DNA of 64,000 nucleotides from Octopus sinensis (GCF_006345805.1 NW_021836177.1:1-64000); one strand, 5' to 3'. Shown: positions 27,501-41,886, numbered from the stretch's first letter. Notes: a model not told the origin generated them from the letters alone. Translations and numbers: made by a program.

Positions 27501-28460
27501 AGAGGTGGGTTTCCTGAAGTTGGTATTGCAAACCATAATTTCATTTGCATCGCAGAACTCCAGCAGCCTGGTTCCCTCCTCATTTCGGGAGCCAAAACCG
27601 TAGCCTCCATGAACGCCATGGAAGCCCCCCGACATGCCGTCCAACATGTCCATTGAAATCACCTGCCACAAAGAGAAGGTCACTGCCATTTGTCAACGAG
27701 GTAGTCCGCAATAGGGTGTCGTAGAATTGGTCTTTCTGCCCTTCCGGTAGCCCTGGTTGAGGGGTATATGCCGAGATGATAGTAGCTGACCTATGGTGAA
27801 GCTCTAATCTAATCTTAAGTACTCTATCACTTGCTCTGACTACCTCGATTACCTTATCTACCCATTTCTCTGCAAGAAGGATACCCACGCCCCCGACCCC
27901 GTCAGTGTTCCCTGCCCAGAAAATCTTGTACCTGTGTTCCTTGCCTGTGAGGAGCCTAGCGGAACCTCCTCTCCACCTTACTTCCTGGATGCAGCATAAA
28001 TCCACACGTCTCCATTCAAGCAGCTCAACAATCTCTCCAGACCTACCTTTCAATGTCCCAACATTGAGTGTGCCAACTCTGAGGGTGTGGGAGGTGTGGG
28101 CCTCTGAGACCCTGGGATGAGGGACAGCCGTGTCATGTACCTGAAAAGAAAGCTTGCACTAGGCAGATTTCATATTGAAACACGAGGCTACAACCTGCAT
28201 ACATTTCACAGTTTTTGCGCTTTATGATCAAATAAACCCTACATAGGGGTACGGTTGGGGGGTAGTCAAGTAAGGTAGGGGTAGAAACTTCCGGTATTAG
28301 TGGAGGGGGTGAGACTACAACCTGCATAAGTTTCACCGTTTTTGCTCTATATGATCAAATAAAACCGACATAGGGGTGCGAGTGGATGTATACGCGGGGT
28401 GGGGGAGACAAGACAGACGTAGAAACTTCCGGTATTGGTGGAGGGGGTGGGAGGGCGGGC
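24519..28460 (-). mobile_element. RTE LINE, full length with multiple frameshifts, complete 3'UTR and (GAT)n tail
   Basis: ORF pieces 27580-28053, 27141-27689, 26330-26890, 25570-26271, 25274-25516 align to the 18780 copy; ~130-bp tandem duplication in the 5' region (28188-28449). Confidence 0.97.
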
Positions 28461-28626
28461 GCTCAAGGAGCAACGAGGTTGAATATAATTCGTAGGGATG
28501 CAACAAAAATTACACATCATCTAGAAACTTTGGAAATTTGAGTAGAACATAATTTAAATGAGAGGGAGAGAGAGTATTTTGTAAGGAATTCTGGGGGAAT
28601 GGAATAACACGGGATGGCCCTGAAAA

Positions 28627-29099
28627 TAATTAATAATACCGGTCAGGGAAATAGATGCTAAATGTTTTTATTTTTCATTCCTTTCGAGACTTTATCCCCA
28701 ATTAGTGGTTTGGACTTTAGCTGTTCCTTCTAGCGTAAGGTAGTCTTATGATGGACACCTCTTATTGTGTTTAAATGCACACTGTATTTTATACATACAT
28801 TTAAGAATTTCTTTGCTATAGTTGTATTACTTTCGCCTCCTTGTGGAGTTTTATGGTTGTATTTCGGTCTGTAGCCATTATCTAATCTATAAGTGTGAAT
28901 TTATTTGTTCTGAAGCAAACACAAGACACACTAAGCTTTTACAATGATGTATAATTTTCATATCTTATCGCCTCTATTGATTGTTATTAAAGTCCAAAAA
29001 TTGGTGGCCTTAATTTCGGAACAACCTGTACACACACACACATTATCATTATCTCCTTCTCACTCCCTCCCATTCCCCATCTCTCTCTCTCTTTCTCTT

Positions 29100-29154
<55 letters not shown>

Positions 29155-29157
29155 TAT

Positions 29158-29198
<41 letters not shown>

Positions 29199-29483
29199 TC
29201 ATATTTATATATATTTATATGTGGAGGCGCAATGGCCCAGTGGTTAGGGCAGCAGACTCGCGGTTTCGATACCGGGTGTTGTGAGTGTTTATTGAGCGAA
29301 AACACCTAAAAGTTCCACGAGGCCCCGGAAGGGGGTGGTGATCTCTGCTGTTCTCTTTCACCACTCTTTCTTCTGTTGGCCTGCTCGCTTAGCCAGCGGG
29401 GTGGCGTCATTCGAAGGCTAAAACAATGCGAACTCATTGTGACCAGCGATGTGTAACAACATCTGATGGTCTGGTCAGTCACG

Positions 29484-29490
<7 letters not shown>
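28627..29490. repeat. Composite block copy 3 (a further partial left piece at 30005-30178)
   Basis: Same sequence order and same SINE head deletion as 10108 and 16748. Confidence 0.85.
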
Positions 29491-29520
<30 letters not shown>

Positions 29521-29814
29521 GCATACGTTATTAGATTTTTCATTCTTTTTCGTAGAGAGGAAAAATGGAAAGAAAAGAAGAGACGTAAACAAGAGACTAT
29601 GGCACTACAACCAGCCAGGAACAGTCTTCGCTACATTTGCGGTACCTGCCAGAGGGAGTGTTTGTCCAGGATAGGACTACACAGCCACAGCAGGAAATGT
29701 ATCAGGACATGAAATGTAAAAGCCGGACTAGACTACTTTATGCGCAACTCCATTGTCTCCCGAGACAAAAAGGATGCCAATAACAACAACACATACATAT
29801 ATATATATATACAA

Positions 29815-29967
<153 letters not shown>

Positions 29968-30194
29968 ATATACAAATACACATACATAAATACATGCATA
30001 GAAACATAATTAATAATACCGGTCCAGGAAATAGATGGTAAATGTTTTTATTTTTCATTCCCTTCGAGAATTTATCCCCAATTAGTGGTTTGGACTTTAG
30101 CTGTTCCTTCTAGTGTGAGGCAGTCCAATGATGGACACCTCTTATTGTGTTTAGATGTACGCTGTATTTTATACATACAAACATATGTACTCAC

Positions 30195-30345
30195 CTACCA
30201 TATCAATGTAACTCAATTTCTTTGTAGACGACCTGAAGATTTATGCTAAAAGTGTGAACAATGCTTAAAAACAACTGGAATTAATAACCTTTTCAGCTGA
30301 TTTAGGCTTGGAATTTGGCTGAAAGAAACGTTCAAATTTGGATAT
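30195..30345 (+). mobile_element. Non-LTR RT fragment (R4/NeSL-like)
   Basis: Translates to ..VDDLKIYAKS..FSADLGLEFG. Confidence 0.6.
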
Positions 30346-30346
30346 A

Positions 30347-30800
30347 GGGCGGCGAGCTGGCAGAAACGTTAGTGTTATATAATCATCACAACAAACATGA
30401 ACAATCAACGTTGCCCATTGTCTCCCTTGATAAAAGGACTTTCACTTTGTTTCCCGGCAGTCGAATAAAGTATCTCGTATCGTTAACACGTTGTTTCAGT
30501 CTCTCTCATTTTCTTAATCTTTCATACTAAATACTCACTACTTCCTTTAATACTCAATACTATATATATATAACAACAACAGTTAGCACGCTGGGCGAAA
30601 TGCGTAGCTGTATTTTGTCTGCCGTTACGTTCTGGGTTCAAATTCTGCCGAGGTTGACTTTGCCTTTCATCCTTTCGGGGTCGATAAATTAAGTACCAGT
30701 TACGCACTGGGGGTCGATGTTATCGACTTAATCCGTTTGCCTGTCCTTGTTTGTCCCCTCTGTGTTTGGCCCCTTGGGGGCTGTAAAGAAATATATAGAA
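30347..30800 (+). mobile_element. tRNA-derived SINE interrupted by a small solo LTR
   Basis: Head GGCGGCGAGCTGGCAGAAACGTTAG resumes as GTTAGCACGCTGGGCG at 30582. Confidence 0.85.
30373..30581. mobile_element. 209-bp solo LTR
   Basis: TGT...ACA termini, 5-bp TSD GTTAG (30368-30372 and 30582-30586), internal AATAAA. Confidence 0.7.
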
Positions 30801-30904
30801 CAAGGAAAGTCAGTACCCCAAACCCCAAACCTGTGCATCAACGGTCTCTCCCGCTTCCTCCCTCTCCCTTCTTCTTTCTCTCTCTCTCTCTCTGGATATA
30901 ATAT

Positions 30905-30959
<55 letters not shown>

Positions 30960-31194
30960 CAATACACTTACATAAATACATATGTACATACAGGTATACA
31001 TACAGACATGCATACATAATTACATATATATACATTACACGCATATATGTATAACAAAATATGATAGCAGAGTGTGTAAAGTAATATTTAAGCTGAATGA
31101 TTTCACAGTGACAACGTGACTGACATCTCAGGTGTGGCAGTATCAGATGACACTATGAATTTACCCTACGTGTATCTATTATTCTCTTCTCGTC

Positions 31195-31490
31195 TTGCCG
31201 TTGCCAGCCTCATCTAGGCCACTGCCAGCCTCGCCTGGCCCCCGTGCCAGTGGCACGTAAAATGTACCATCCTATTGTGGCCGTTTGCCAGCCTCGTCTT
31301 GCACCCGTGCAGGTGGCACGTAAAAAGCACCCACTACACTCACGGAGTGGTTGGCGTTAGGAAGGGCATCCAGCTGTAGAAACACTGCCATATCAGACTG
31401 GGCCTGGTGCAGCCTTCTGACTTCCCAGACCCCAGTTGAACCGTCCAACCCATGCTAGCATGGAAAACGGACGTTAAACGATGATGATGA
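31195..31490 (+). mobile_element. RTE 3'UTR fragment
   Basis: GTGGTTGGCGTTAGGAAGGGCATCCAG...GGACGTTAAACGATGATGATG. Confidence 0.85.
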
Positions 31491-31884
31491 TCCTGTCTAA
31501 AATAAACGATGATTATCTTGATGGTGTGTGTTTTGTGCATGTGTGTGTGTAGTTGTAGCTGTTTAGCCCCCTTTCAGCCCAGATCTTTGAAAACCTTGAA
31601 TCAAAGACACTCCACCCATGACATACTCTTTGGATTAACTTTACACACAATCCCACCACTGGTTGAAAATATTAAGTAGCAATAATATACTGTTCTTGTT
31701 TATCTCATCTAATTCTCTTTCTCAGGTTTTGAGGCCTTGTGTAGGCTATGGGCACTGCCTTACTTTCTTTCACTAATTAATTAGCATGCTTTATGCACAA
31801 ATACTTTATATGCATATATATGTGCATTAGTCTATGATTGTTACATGCACATACTGCATGTACACGTATATGTTTATGTATATG

Positions 31885-32580
31885 TCATCATCATCGTTTA
31901 ACGTCCGTTTTCCATGCTAGCACGGGTTGGATGGTTCAACTGGGGTCTGAGAAAGCCAGAAGGCTGCACCAGGCTCCAGTCTGATCTGGCAGTGTTTCTA
32001 CAGCTGGATGTCCTTCCTAACGCCAACCACTCCTTGATGTAGTGGGTGCTTTTTAAGTGCCACCGACACGAGCCACAGGAGGCTGGCAACGTCCATGATC
32101 GTCTGGTACTTTTTACGTGCCACAGGCACATGTATCACAACTACAAGTTCCATATGATTTTTATTTTGATGTTGATGTACTTGACTCAGTTGGTCTCCTC
32201 GAGCACTGCAGGTCACCCTACGATCCAAGGTAAGCACAGCAGGCCGTCCTGCAAGCCATGAATTCACTTTATTTGTCAGGTCTTCGCAGTCACAGCATAT
32301 CTCCAGAGGTCTCGGTCTTTTGTCATTGCCTGTGTGAGGCCCAACATTCGAAGGTCATGCTTGACCACTTCATCCCATGTCTTCCTGGGTCTACCTCTAC
32401 CCCAGTTTGGGAGTGGCACTTCTTCACACATCTTTCCTTATCCATCCGTAGTACATGACCACACCAATACAAATGTCTCTCCTGCACGCCACATCCGATG
32501 CTTCTTATGTCCAATATTTCTCTCAGGACACTTACACTCTGTCGTGCATGCACACTGACATTACACATCCAGTGGATCAT
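31885..32580 (-). mobile_element. RTE 3' fragment (ORF end + 3'UTR)
   Basis: HWMCNVSVHARQSVSVLRE..GRHGMK on minus; (CAT)n tail at 31885. Confidence 0.85.
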
Positions 32581-33196
32581 GCTATAATTAGTTATTTCTA
32601 ATAAAAAATAACTTACCCATCTACATCGAAAGAGTCACCTTGAGCAGCAATTTACCCGTTCCACAAATCCACCAGTGTAATCTATCTCTATATACATGCA
32701 TACTTTCATATACACACACACACACAATTTGAGAGGTCTTGGTATCCAGAAGACCTAAATGGCAGGTAAGGCTATGTAGGTGCTACAGAAGGACCACTGT
32801 TAGACTCCTGGTTCAATAATAGTATGAGCGAGGGGGTCCAACGCGGGTCGTGTGTGAGTATGTATATGTTGAATAAAGTGAGACAACAAAGCCAAGGCAG
32901 TGTGACATTTTTGGGACATTTATAAAGAGAAAGGTAGTCTTACAGTGATATTCCCCTTGGATTAGATAGACGGAAGAGCATTATAGAAAATGAAGGAGGG
33001 TATATTTTAGATTAAAATACAACTTTGCTTATCGTAATTTTGGAAAATAAAAGAAGCATAAAAAACTCCATTATTTATGGGGTAACCCGATATATGTGTG
33101 TGTGTATATATACATATATATATATGTATATATACACACACATATATATATATATACACACACACACATATATATATATATACATATATATATAAC

Positions 33197-33242
<46 letters not shown>

Positions 33243-33329
33243 ACATACATACACACATATGTACATAGTATGTTAGTAAAAAGCTCAGAGATGATAGTAA
33301 CATTGATCATCAAAGCAGTCTATCATGGA

Positions 33330-34260
33330 CCAATAGCCAGGTAACTACCTCCCACTTTGAAGGGTATGTGTTTGCAATCGAGGAACAGGAAATATCAACC
33401 TGATGCGCAAAAGGGGTAGAGATGCAGGAGAAGCAGTAAAATATGGCAACCGACACCTACTTTGTGGAATTAACACTGACGATATCAGCCACATCACACG
33501 TCATTGTCCAAAAATGTCATCACGGTTCTCTACCAATGAGACATGATGTTGTAGTAAGGACGCTCTATAATGAAATCTGTCAGAAGGATAACCCTGCGGA
33601 CAGAGAAATAAGAACCCACAGTACAGTAGAAACCATAGCCACTCATAATAAAAAAAGAGTACTGGTGGAATGTCCCAGTGAAGACCTCAGTAAAATGTAA
33701 GCACAAAAGACCTGATATAATGATTTGGGATAGAGGAGAGAAACTGCGTAGAGTTGTGGAAATTAGCTGCCCAACAGATGTTAACATAAATCTGAAGATG
33801 AGTGAAAAAGAGAATACCTACATTGAACTATTGAGAAATCTGCAGTTAATCTATCCAGATTACAAGTTCAGGCTTATACCTGTAGTTATTGGGGTCCTGT
33901 GGATATGGAACATACTGCCTAAATACCAATCTTCAGAAATTAGGCTTCTCAAAAATCTTTAAAACATGAACTCAGGACGACAAGCGAGAAACTTTGCTAT
34001 CACATGCAAATTTTTGAACAAGCCAATATCAATCGTGAGTTTGCTTCCAACCCACAAGCATTATAGAGAGAGACAAGGAAGGAAAACATTACCATTAAGA
34101 AAGTTCCCTCCCGAGAAGCTCTACAATCATTCTGGGGAAAAATTTGGAATGAAAAGAGGGATTTCAACCTCAATGCATCATGGTTAAATAGAACTGAGAA
34201 AGAATACTGTACTAACACTAACAGTAAAACATACAAAATTGATGCAGAGAAACTTTGCTA
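33330..34260 (+). mobile_element. Degenerate RLE-type (R4/NeSL-like) non-LTR fragments
   Basis: EGYVFAIEEQEI, RHDVVVRTLY and RPDIMIWD..VVEISCPTDVNI..K..EK..Y..L (restriction-like endonuclease); 34030-34260 resembles a pre-RT region (FWGKIWNEK..N.NASWL..EKEYC). Confidence 0.7.
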
Positions 34261-34654
34261 TAGCAGTAGGAAATCTCTTAACTGCACAGCCACGCTTGTA
34301 CCTATTTTATACAGTCACAAACATATATATATATATATATATCTATAAATCACTGTAGTGTCCAGATGATCAGCCATTGCTGTGCCCTGCTGGTCACACT
34401 GCAATTCTTCACGTTATTCTGAGGACTAAGGTGTATAAGCGATACAGATCATGATATTCTCCTGAAACAGGGCACCAGTCGATCACAGGGTTATTTATTT
34501 ACAGCTCAGTTGACGGGAACAATGTGAAATGAAGTATTCATCTGAGGGCCTCTAAGCACCACCCTCTGGGATTCGAAATCATGAACACAAGATCGGGAAC
34601 GCCATAACGTAATCACTAGGCCACACATGTTTACAATGTGTGTGTGTGAGAGAG

Positions 34655-34700
<46 letters not shown>

Positions 34701-35379
34701 TGTGTGTGTGTGTGTATGATCATGTTTCAATATAGGTGTTGCCCAATAAAACCAATGATAAAAATTTTAACAAGTTGTCAAAGTTTAAGTGGGCTTCATA
34801 TAATCTCCATACATAGGTGTGAGTGTGTATGTGTGTACTAAATGAATTGAATTAGACTTTGAGAGGATAAATTGTAAACAACATTCAAGGTTACAGAAAT
34901 TCATATCAGTTAAAGAGTAGCATGATAATGAGTGAAGATAGAATGTATAGATAAATAAAATTCCACGAAAAACACAATGAATAGCCTTATCGGCTGAGAC
35001 GACTTACCTCCTGATTATTATTTAACTAAGAAACTAAAACCAGTTTGTTCATTCCAGCGAGAGAACTCCAACTGAAAACCTCGAAACAAACTTACTCAGC
35101 TGAAAATCTTAAAACTCAAACTTATCCAACTGAAAACTTCTGATTCAAGGTAAGGAAAAAATTTTCTCGTCTTAAATCTTGTCATATATATATAATATTT
35201 TATCTTTTACTACTTAAAGCTGCGGCCATGCTGGGGCACACTATCATTATTGAGAACTTCCTCTGATATGTGGCATTTGGTGAATAAGGGAGTTTGATGT
35301 CATTGCCCTTATTTGTGCCTCCTGCCACAAGGGAGGTTCATCCACGATTCTCAACAGAGAGAGGTCCAGTTTTCTTTTG

Positions 35380-36345
35380 AAAACACATCCACTTTGTGTT
35401 AGTCACTCATGCTTTTTGGGAGAATATTAAAAAGCTGTGGACATTTAAAACCCAGGCTGTTGCAGTAATAACTGGTCCTGAAATGTAACAGCAGTGTTGG
35501 GATATTTGGCTCTGTGCAGTGGTGACCCGTTCTGGCGTTTGTGTAGCTTTCAAAGCCAAAATTTGGTAAATCCCTTCCAGGATCTTCCAGATGTATATTA
35601 ATGCATATCTTCTCCACCTTCACTCTAGGGAGTAAAGTCTTACCTGTTTCAGCCTTCCCCAGTAGTTGAGCTGTTGCAATGAGATGATCTTCTTTTAGTA
35701 GCTTCGCTGGATTGCTTCAAGGTCCACTGTTAATTTTACACTGTTGGGTGACCGTTGTTAGGAGCAGCAGTCCAGGCAGCTGAGGATAAATGTCCTCCAG
35801 TGGACCATCATGGTTTCTTTGTCCATGGCTCTGAAGGTTCTCAGGATCCATCCATCCAGCCATCTGCACTTTGTCGTCATCTTGTTAAAGTGCACTTGGA
35901 AAGAGGTATTATCACTCATGTCGATACCCAGATCACACACGTGATTGTAATTCCCCACTAGGCCAGTATACCCTGTATGTTTTCCGTTCAAATTTGGGTG
36001 CTTGTAGTGCAGGGCTTGAAATTTTCCAGCATTAAACTGCATATTATTGTCCTCAGCCCATCTGTAAATTGCATCCAGCTACTGCTGCAGGCATGCAACA
36101 TCACTACAGTTTTGCATTTTCTGCAAAAATTTTGTGTCGTCTCCGTAGCTAGCAAGGGTATCCAGGCAGCTGAGAGCATATCTGAGAGGGCCACTATGAA
36201 AATCGGTGGCTGGCCCTAAGACAGTGCCCTGTGGAACACCACCCACTATTTGTGGTTCCGTTGAAGTGGTACCACTGGCTACCACTGCCTGACTTCTGTC
36301 TTTCAGAAAGTCATGTAACCATTCTCCAAGTTTTCCAGCTGAACA
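35380..36345 (-). mobile_element. CR1-like LINE RT fragment
   Basis: GGVPQGTVLGP, SYGDDTK, MQFNAGKFQAL, CDLGIDMSDN..F..H, GWILRTF. Confidence 0.85.
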
Positions 36346-36938
36346 AATAATTTTTTGAGTTTCCTGTTCATCCTGATGTGGGGGTCATTGTCGAGATGTG
36401 CCTTAACTCGTAATCGAATCGCAGCAATGAACTCCTAAAATGGCCATAGGTGTGTTTGACTTGATTTTGTGGAACTCTTTTTGATCCTGGACTCTAACCT
36501 ACCATGGTTTTTATGAACTGAACTTTTTTGATGTACTCTTTTGTTTGAGAGGAGTAAGAAAAAATTTTTTTTAGTTGATTGATATTTTCTTTTATTTTAT
36601 TTGGATTTTCAGTAGCATGACACGCTTTAGAATTTTTGGTTTATTGTATATACCTTCTTGATAGGCCGTTCTATATACCTGCATTTTTTTCGCATATATA
36701 TTTTTTACATTCGAAGTTTTTTTATATATGTATAATTTATATGTTTAAGAGCCATGGTAATATTACTGATATTATTATGATCAAATGTTTTATATATAAA
36801 GTCATTGACTCGAATTTGATGTTTATTTTATGATCAATGTTTCTTTATATCTGTCTCAGTTACATTTGAGCACTTCTTTTTTTGCAGTCCTATAATCCCT
36901 TTGTTTCCATAAAAAGGAGACAGAAATTATTTCTTGTC

Positions 36939-36970
<32 letters not shown>

Positions 36971-36976
36971 TATATA

Positions 36977-37009
<33 letters not shown>

Positions 37010-37156
37010 GGGTGGAGTCTAGCTTGAACCTGCCTGAGATTTGAAACAAGATCCACTGGTCCTAGGGGTTGGAGTGTTCCTCATTAATCATCTAGTCCCC
37101 CTTACGAAATTCCTTGTAACACTAAAGATGAACTGAAAGCAAGGATTATGGCAGCA

Positions 37157-37208
<52 letters not shown>

Positions 37209-37593
37209 TAATAATATTAGGGAGTAAATCCAAACTTACAGGGAAAAATTAGATTTAGGATTAAATCCAATTTTATAGTATAAATTATATTAAATTAGAG
37301 AAAAAAAACACTATTAGGCAAATCAAACAGTGAAAATCATAAGCCAATACATAGAAAAAATTAATTTAAAAAATATAAATATAAAATATAAAATATAAAA
37401 TTCCAAATTAAAATATTTAAATAAAGTTTAAATTTAAAAAATTATTTAAATAATTTAAACTTATAAATTTTAATATATATATATATATTTATTATTATTT
37501 TATTATATATTTTTTTTATTTTTTTTGTTATATTTTTTTTGTAAATTAAATAAATATCAAAATGTATTGAAAGTTTCATATAGGATTAATAGT

Positions 37594-37696
37594 AAAAACA
37601 CTACAATCGTTTCATGCCCGTAACCAATTCGAATAACAATAATTTAAATACAATTAATAATTTGAATTATGGTTACAGTCAATCTTCAGGTTAATT
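37594..37696 (-). ncRNA. Degenerate hammerhead-like motif
   Basis: CTGAAGA (37689-37683), ~10/12-bp stem II, GAAA-C-GATT-G-TA; stem I weak. Confidence 0.45.
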
Positions 37697-38262
37697 GTAA
37701 TATTTTAATAGGTAATCAGAAATATTTAAACAATATTTTTAAGAAATAAATAATATAATAATTTTACTTATAAAAAACTCTATTATCAAACTAGAAACTT
37801 AACGTTTATGATTATATCAAAACATCAATTATAATGTTAAATATTAATTTTTAAGTATTAATTTTTAAGGTATGAAACCCACCAATAATCTAATATCAGT
37901 AATAGTCAATATCTAATTACATAAATACTTTACAAAAAACTATTATATTAATAAAAATATAAAATTCAAATAATATACAAATTATCAATGAAAATATATA
38001 AATGTATATAAATATTATAATTAAGATCTAAAATAATCTCTATAAATATATATATGCACATATAATAAAGACCTAATAAATTACTTTTTCATATTTAATG
38101 ATAAAATAGCTAATTTCAAAAATACAAACAAACAATCTTGAACGAACACTATATCAAATTAACTATCTTTATATCTCATTGGCTAAATAATAACTTTCAG
38201 AACTCTAATTTAATATAATATATACATATACATACATATATATATTTATATATATATACATA

Positions 38263-38344
<82 letters not shown>

Positions 38345-38501
38345 TATATGTATATATGTATGTATATTATATGTATATATATATATATTATGTATGTATA
38401 TATATTATGTATATATATATGTATGTATATATATATATGTATATATATATATAATATATATGTATATATATATGTATGTATATATGTATTATATATATAT
38501 G

Positions 38502-38597
<96 letters not shown>

Positions 38598-38751
38598 TAT
38601 ACATAAATATATATACATATATATATATATACACACAGATATATATATATATATTTTATATAATATTATATATTATATATATATTATATATATATATATT
38701 TATTATATATATATATATATATGTTATATATATATATATATATATATATAC

Positions 38752-40181
38752 ATAGGAAGGTAGACAAATCACAAACACCTTCAGGTAGATGGCCCTGCTC
38801 GATCTGTAGAAAAGGTGTAGGTAGAAACTCTATAAGATGCACCAAGTGTAAGCTATGGACACATAAGAGATGCAGCAATGTCAAAGGAAGGCTAACTAGG
38901 AAGATGGTTTTTGTATGTGGCAGATGCTCAGGAACAATAAACACTGAAAATGCTCTGAGACCAACTTCCATCACTTTCCAGGGAGAAAAACTAGAAATAG
39001 TTGATAGTTTCCGTTACCTAGGTGACCAAGTCAGCAGCGGGGGTGGGTGTGCTGAAAGTGTAACTGCTAGAGTAAGAATAGCTTGGGCAAAGTTCAGAGA
39101 GCTCTTACCTCTGCTGGTGACAAAAGGCCTCTCGCACAGAGTGAAAGGCAGACTGTATGATGCGTGTGTACGAACAGCCATGCTACATGGCAGTGTGAAA
39201 CATGGGCCGTGACTGCTGAGGATATGCGTAAGCTCGCTAGAAATGAAGCCAGTATGCTCCGATGGATGTGTAATGCCGGTACTCACACTCGGCAGAGTGT
39301 AAGTACCTTGAGAGAAAAGCTGGACCTAAGAAGTATCAGTTGTGGTGTGCAAGAGAGACGTTTGCGCGTGGTATGATCATGTGGCGAGAATGGATGAAGA
39401 TAGTTGTGTGAAAAAGTGCCACACCCTAGCGGTTGAGGGAACCTGTGGAAGAGGCAGACCCAGGAAAACCTGGGACGAGGTGGTGAAGCACGACCTTCAA
39501 ACTTTAGGTCTCACTGAGGAAATGACTAGAGACTGAGACCTCTGGAAGTGTGCTGTGCGCGAGAAGACCCGGCAGGACAAGTGAGTCCATAACCCGTGGC
39601 CTTCTACATGGGATGGAGCCAGCCTACGTATGCATACCTTCCCTTCTTGGGACACAAAACTCTACTTGTGAAGACGTGTTGAGGCAAGTGAGGATCAGAA
39701 TCGAAATCGATCAATGGAAATTGCGGATATGCTACCAGTGCGGTGGCATGTCGAAACTCTGCTTGTGAAGACCTGTTGAGGCAAGTGAGGATCAGAATCG
39801 AAATCGATCAATGGAATTGCAGATGTGTTACCAGTGCCGGTGGCATGTAAGAGAACTTTCCGTTTCGCGACCGTTGCCAGCACCGCCCCGTTTCGTGTCC
39901 GTTGCCAGCCTCGTCTGGCCCTCGTGCCGGTGGCACATAAAAAGCACCATCCGTTCGTGGCCGTTTGCCAGCTCTGTCTGGCACCAGTGCGGGTGGCACG
40001 TAAAAAGCACCCACTACACTCACGGAGTGGTTGGCGTTAGGAAGGGCATCCAGCCGTAGAAACACTGCCAGATTTGACTGGGCCTGATGAAGCCTTCTGG
40101 CTTCACAGACCCCAGTAGAACCGTCCAACCCATGCTAGCATGGAAAACGGACGCTAAACGATGATGATGATGATGATGATA
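38752..40181 (+). mobile_element. 5'-truncated RTE LINE with complete 3'UTR and (GAT)n tail
   Basis: ORF 38721-39212 nearly identical to the 21260-21720 region; tail GATGATGAT at 40159-40181. Confidence 0.95.
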
Positions 40182-40258
40182 TAGGCTTCGAATGTCCCAT
40201 CTGTGTTTTTTGTATTGTCTTGCATTCTTGTAATGTTTTGCATTCTTGTCCCAGTTTG

Positions 40259-40312
<54 letters not shown>

Positions 40313-40458
40313 ATATATATATATCTATATATATATATATATATATATAATAATATATATATTATATATATATAATATATATATATATTATATATAATAT
40401 ATATATATATATATAGATATATATATATATATCTATATATATATATACATATATATAC

Positions 40459-40504
<46 letters not shown>

Positions 40505-40516
40505 GTATATATAGAT

Positions 40517-40566
<50 letters not shown>

Positions 40567-40587
40567 TATATATGTATATATATGTAT

Positions 40588-40639
<52 letters not shown>

Positions 40640-40674
40640 ATATGTATATATATGGATATATGTATATATATGTG

Positions 40675-40720
<46 letters not shown>

Positions 40721-40750
40721 GTATATATATATATATACATATATATATAC

Positions 40751-40838
<88 letters not shown>

Positions 40839-40881
40839 TATATACATACATATATATATATATATCTATATATATATATAT

Positions 40882-41290
40882 AGGTGCAGGAGTGGCTGTG
40901 TGGTAAGTAGCTTGCTTACCAACCACATGATTCCAGGTTCAGTCCCACTGCGTGGCACCTTGGGCAAGTGTCTTCTACTATAGCCTCGGGCCGACCAAAG
41001 CCTTGTGAGTGGATTTGGTAGACGGAAACTGAAAGAAGCCCTTCGTATATATGTATATATATGTATGTGTGTGTATGTTTGTGTGTCTGTGTTTGTCCCC
41101 CTAGCATTGCTTGACAACCGATGCTGGTGTGTGTATCTCCCCGTTACTTAGCGGTTCGGCAAAAGAGACCGATAGAATAAGTACTGGGCTTACAAAGAAT
41201 AAGTCCCAGGGTCGAGTTGCTCGACTAAAGGTGGTGCTCCAGCATGGCCGCAGTCAAATGACTGAAACAAGTAAAAGAGTAAAAGAGTAA
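40882..41290 (+). mobile_element. tRNA-derived SINE (GGTGCAGGAGTGGCTGTGTGG family)
   Basis: Head, CCTTGGGCAAGTGTCTT core, internal microsatellite, tail (GTAAAAGA)n. Relatives at ~1880-2050(-), 3225-3400(-), 5215-5490, 5790-6050, 49580-49990(-), 61310-61625(-). Confidence 0.85.
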
Positions 41291-41319
41291 AGAGTATACA
41301 TATATATATATATATCAAA

Positions 41320-41733
41320 ATAGATGAACATCAATGGAATTTGTATCTTTGTGGTACCAGTGCCGGTGGCACACAAGAAAACCATCCGAACATGGCCGTA
41401 GCCAGTACCGCATCGACTGGCCTCCGTGCTGTGGGCACGTAACAAACACCATCCGATCGTGGCCGTTCGCCAGCCTCATCTGGCACCTGTGTCGGTGGCA
41501 CATAAAAACACCATCCGAGCGTGGCCGTCTGCCAGCCTCGTCTGGCACCTGTGTCGGTGGCACATAAAATCACCCACTACACTCTCGGAGTGGTTGGCGT
41601 TAGGAAGGGCATCCAGCTGTAGAAACACTGCCAGATCTGACTGGCCTGGTGCAGCCTTCGGGCTCCCCAGACCCCAGTTGAACCGTCTAACCCATGCTAG
41701 CATGGAAAGCGGACGTTAAATGATGATGATGAT
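41320..41733 (+). mobile_element. RTE 3'UTR fragment with tandem subrepeats
   Basis: Same 3'UTR motifs and GATGATGAT tail. Confidence 0.85.
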
Positions 41734-41783
41734 ATATATATATATATATATAAGTGAATACAATGTCTTGTTGTTGAGATAGG

Positions 41784-41886
41784 TTCTCTTTCTTTCTTTA
41801 TGAGAAGATTGCATTATTTTACACCGTTTATTCCTTTTCAATAAAACCAATGTTGTCTTCGAAACATATGTCGAATATAAAAGAAT
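41784..41886 (+). ncRNA. Diverged hammerhead homologue of the 11368/11548 family
   Basis: TTTATGA core (two substitutions), stem II GAAGA/TCTTC, GAAAC-ATAT-GTC; downstream 41887-42075 resembles 11182-11340 (minus). Confidence 0.6.

Noticed and set aside
37350-38200. Extremely AT-rich stretch suggesting a mitochondrial insertion
   Set aside because: No recognisable mitochondrial gene, tRNA or rRNA motif; shares sequence with dispersed AT-rich repeats
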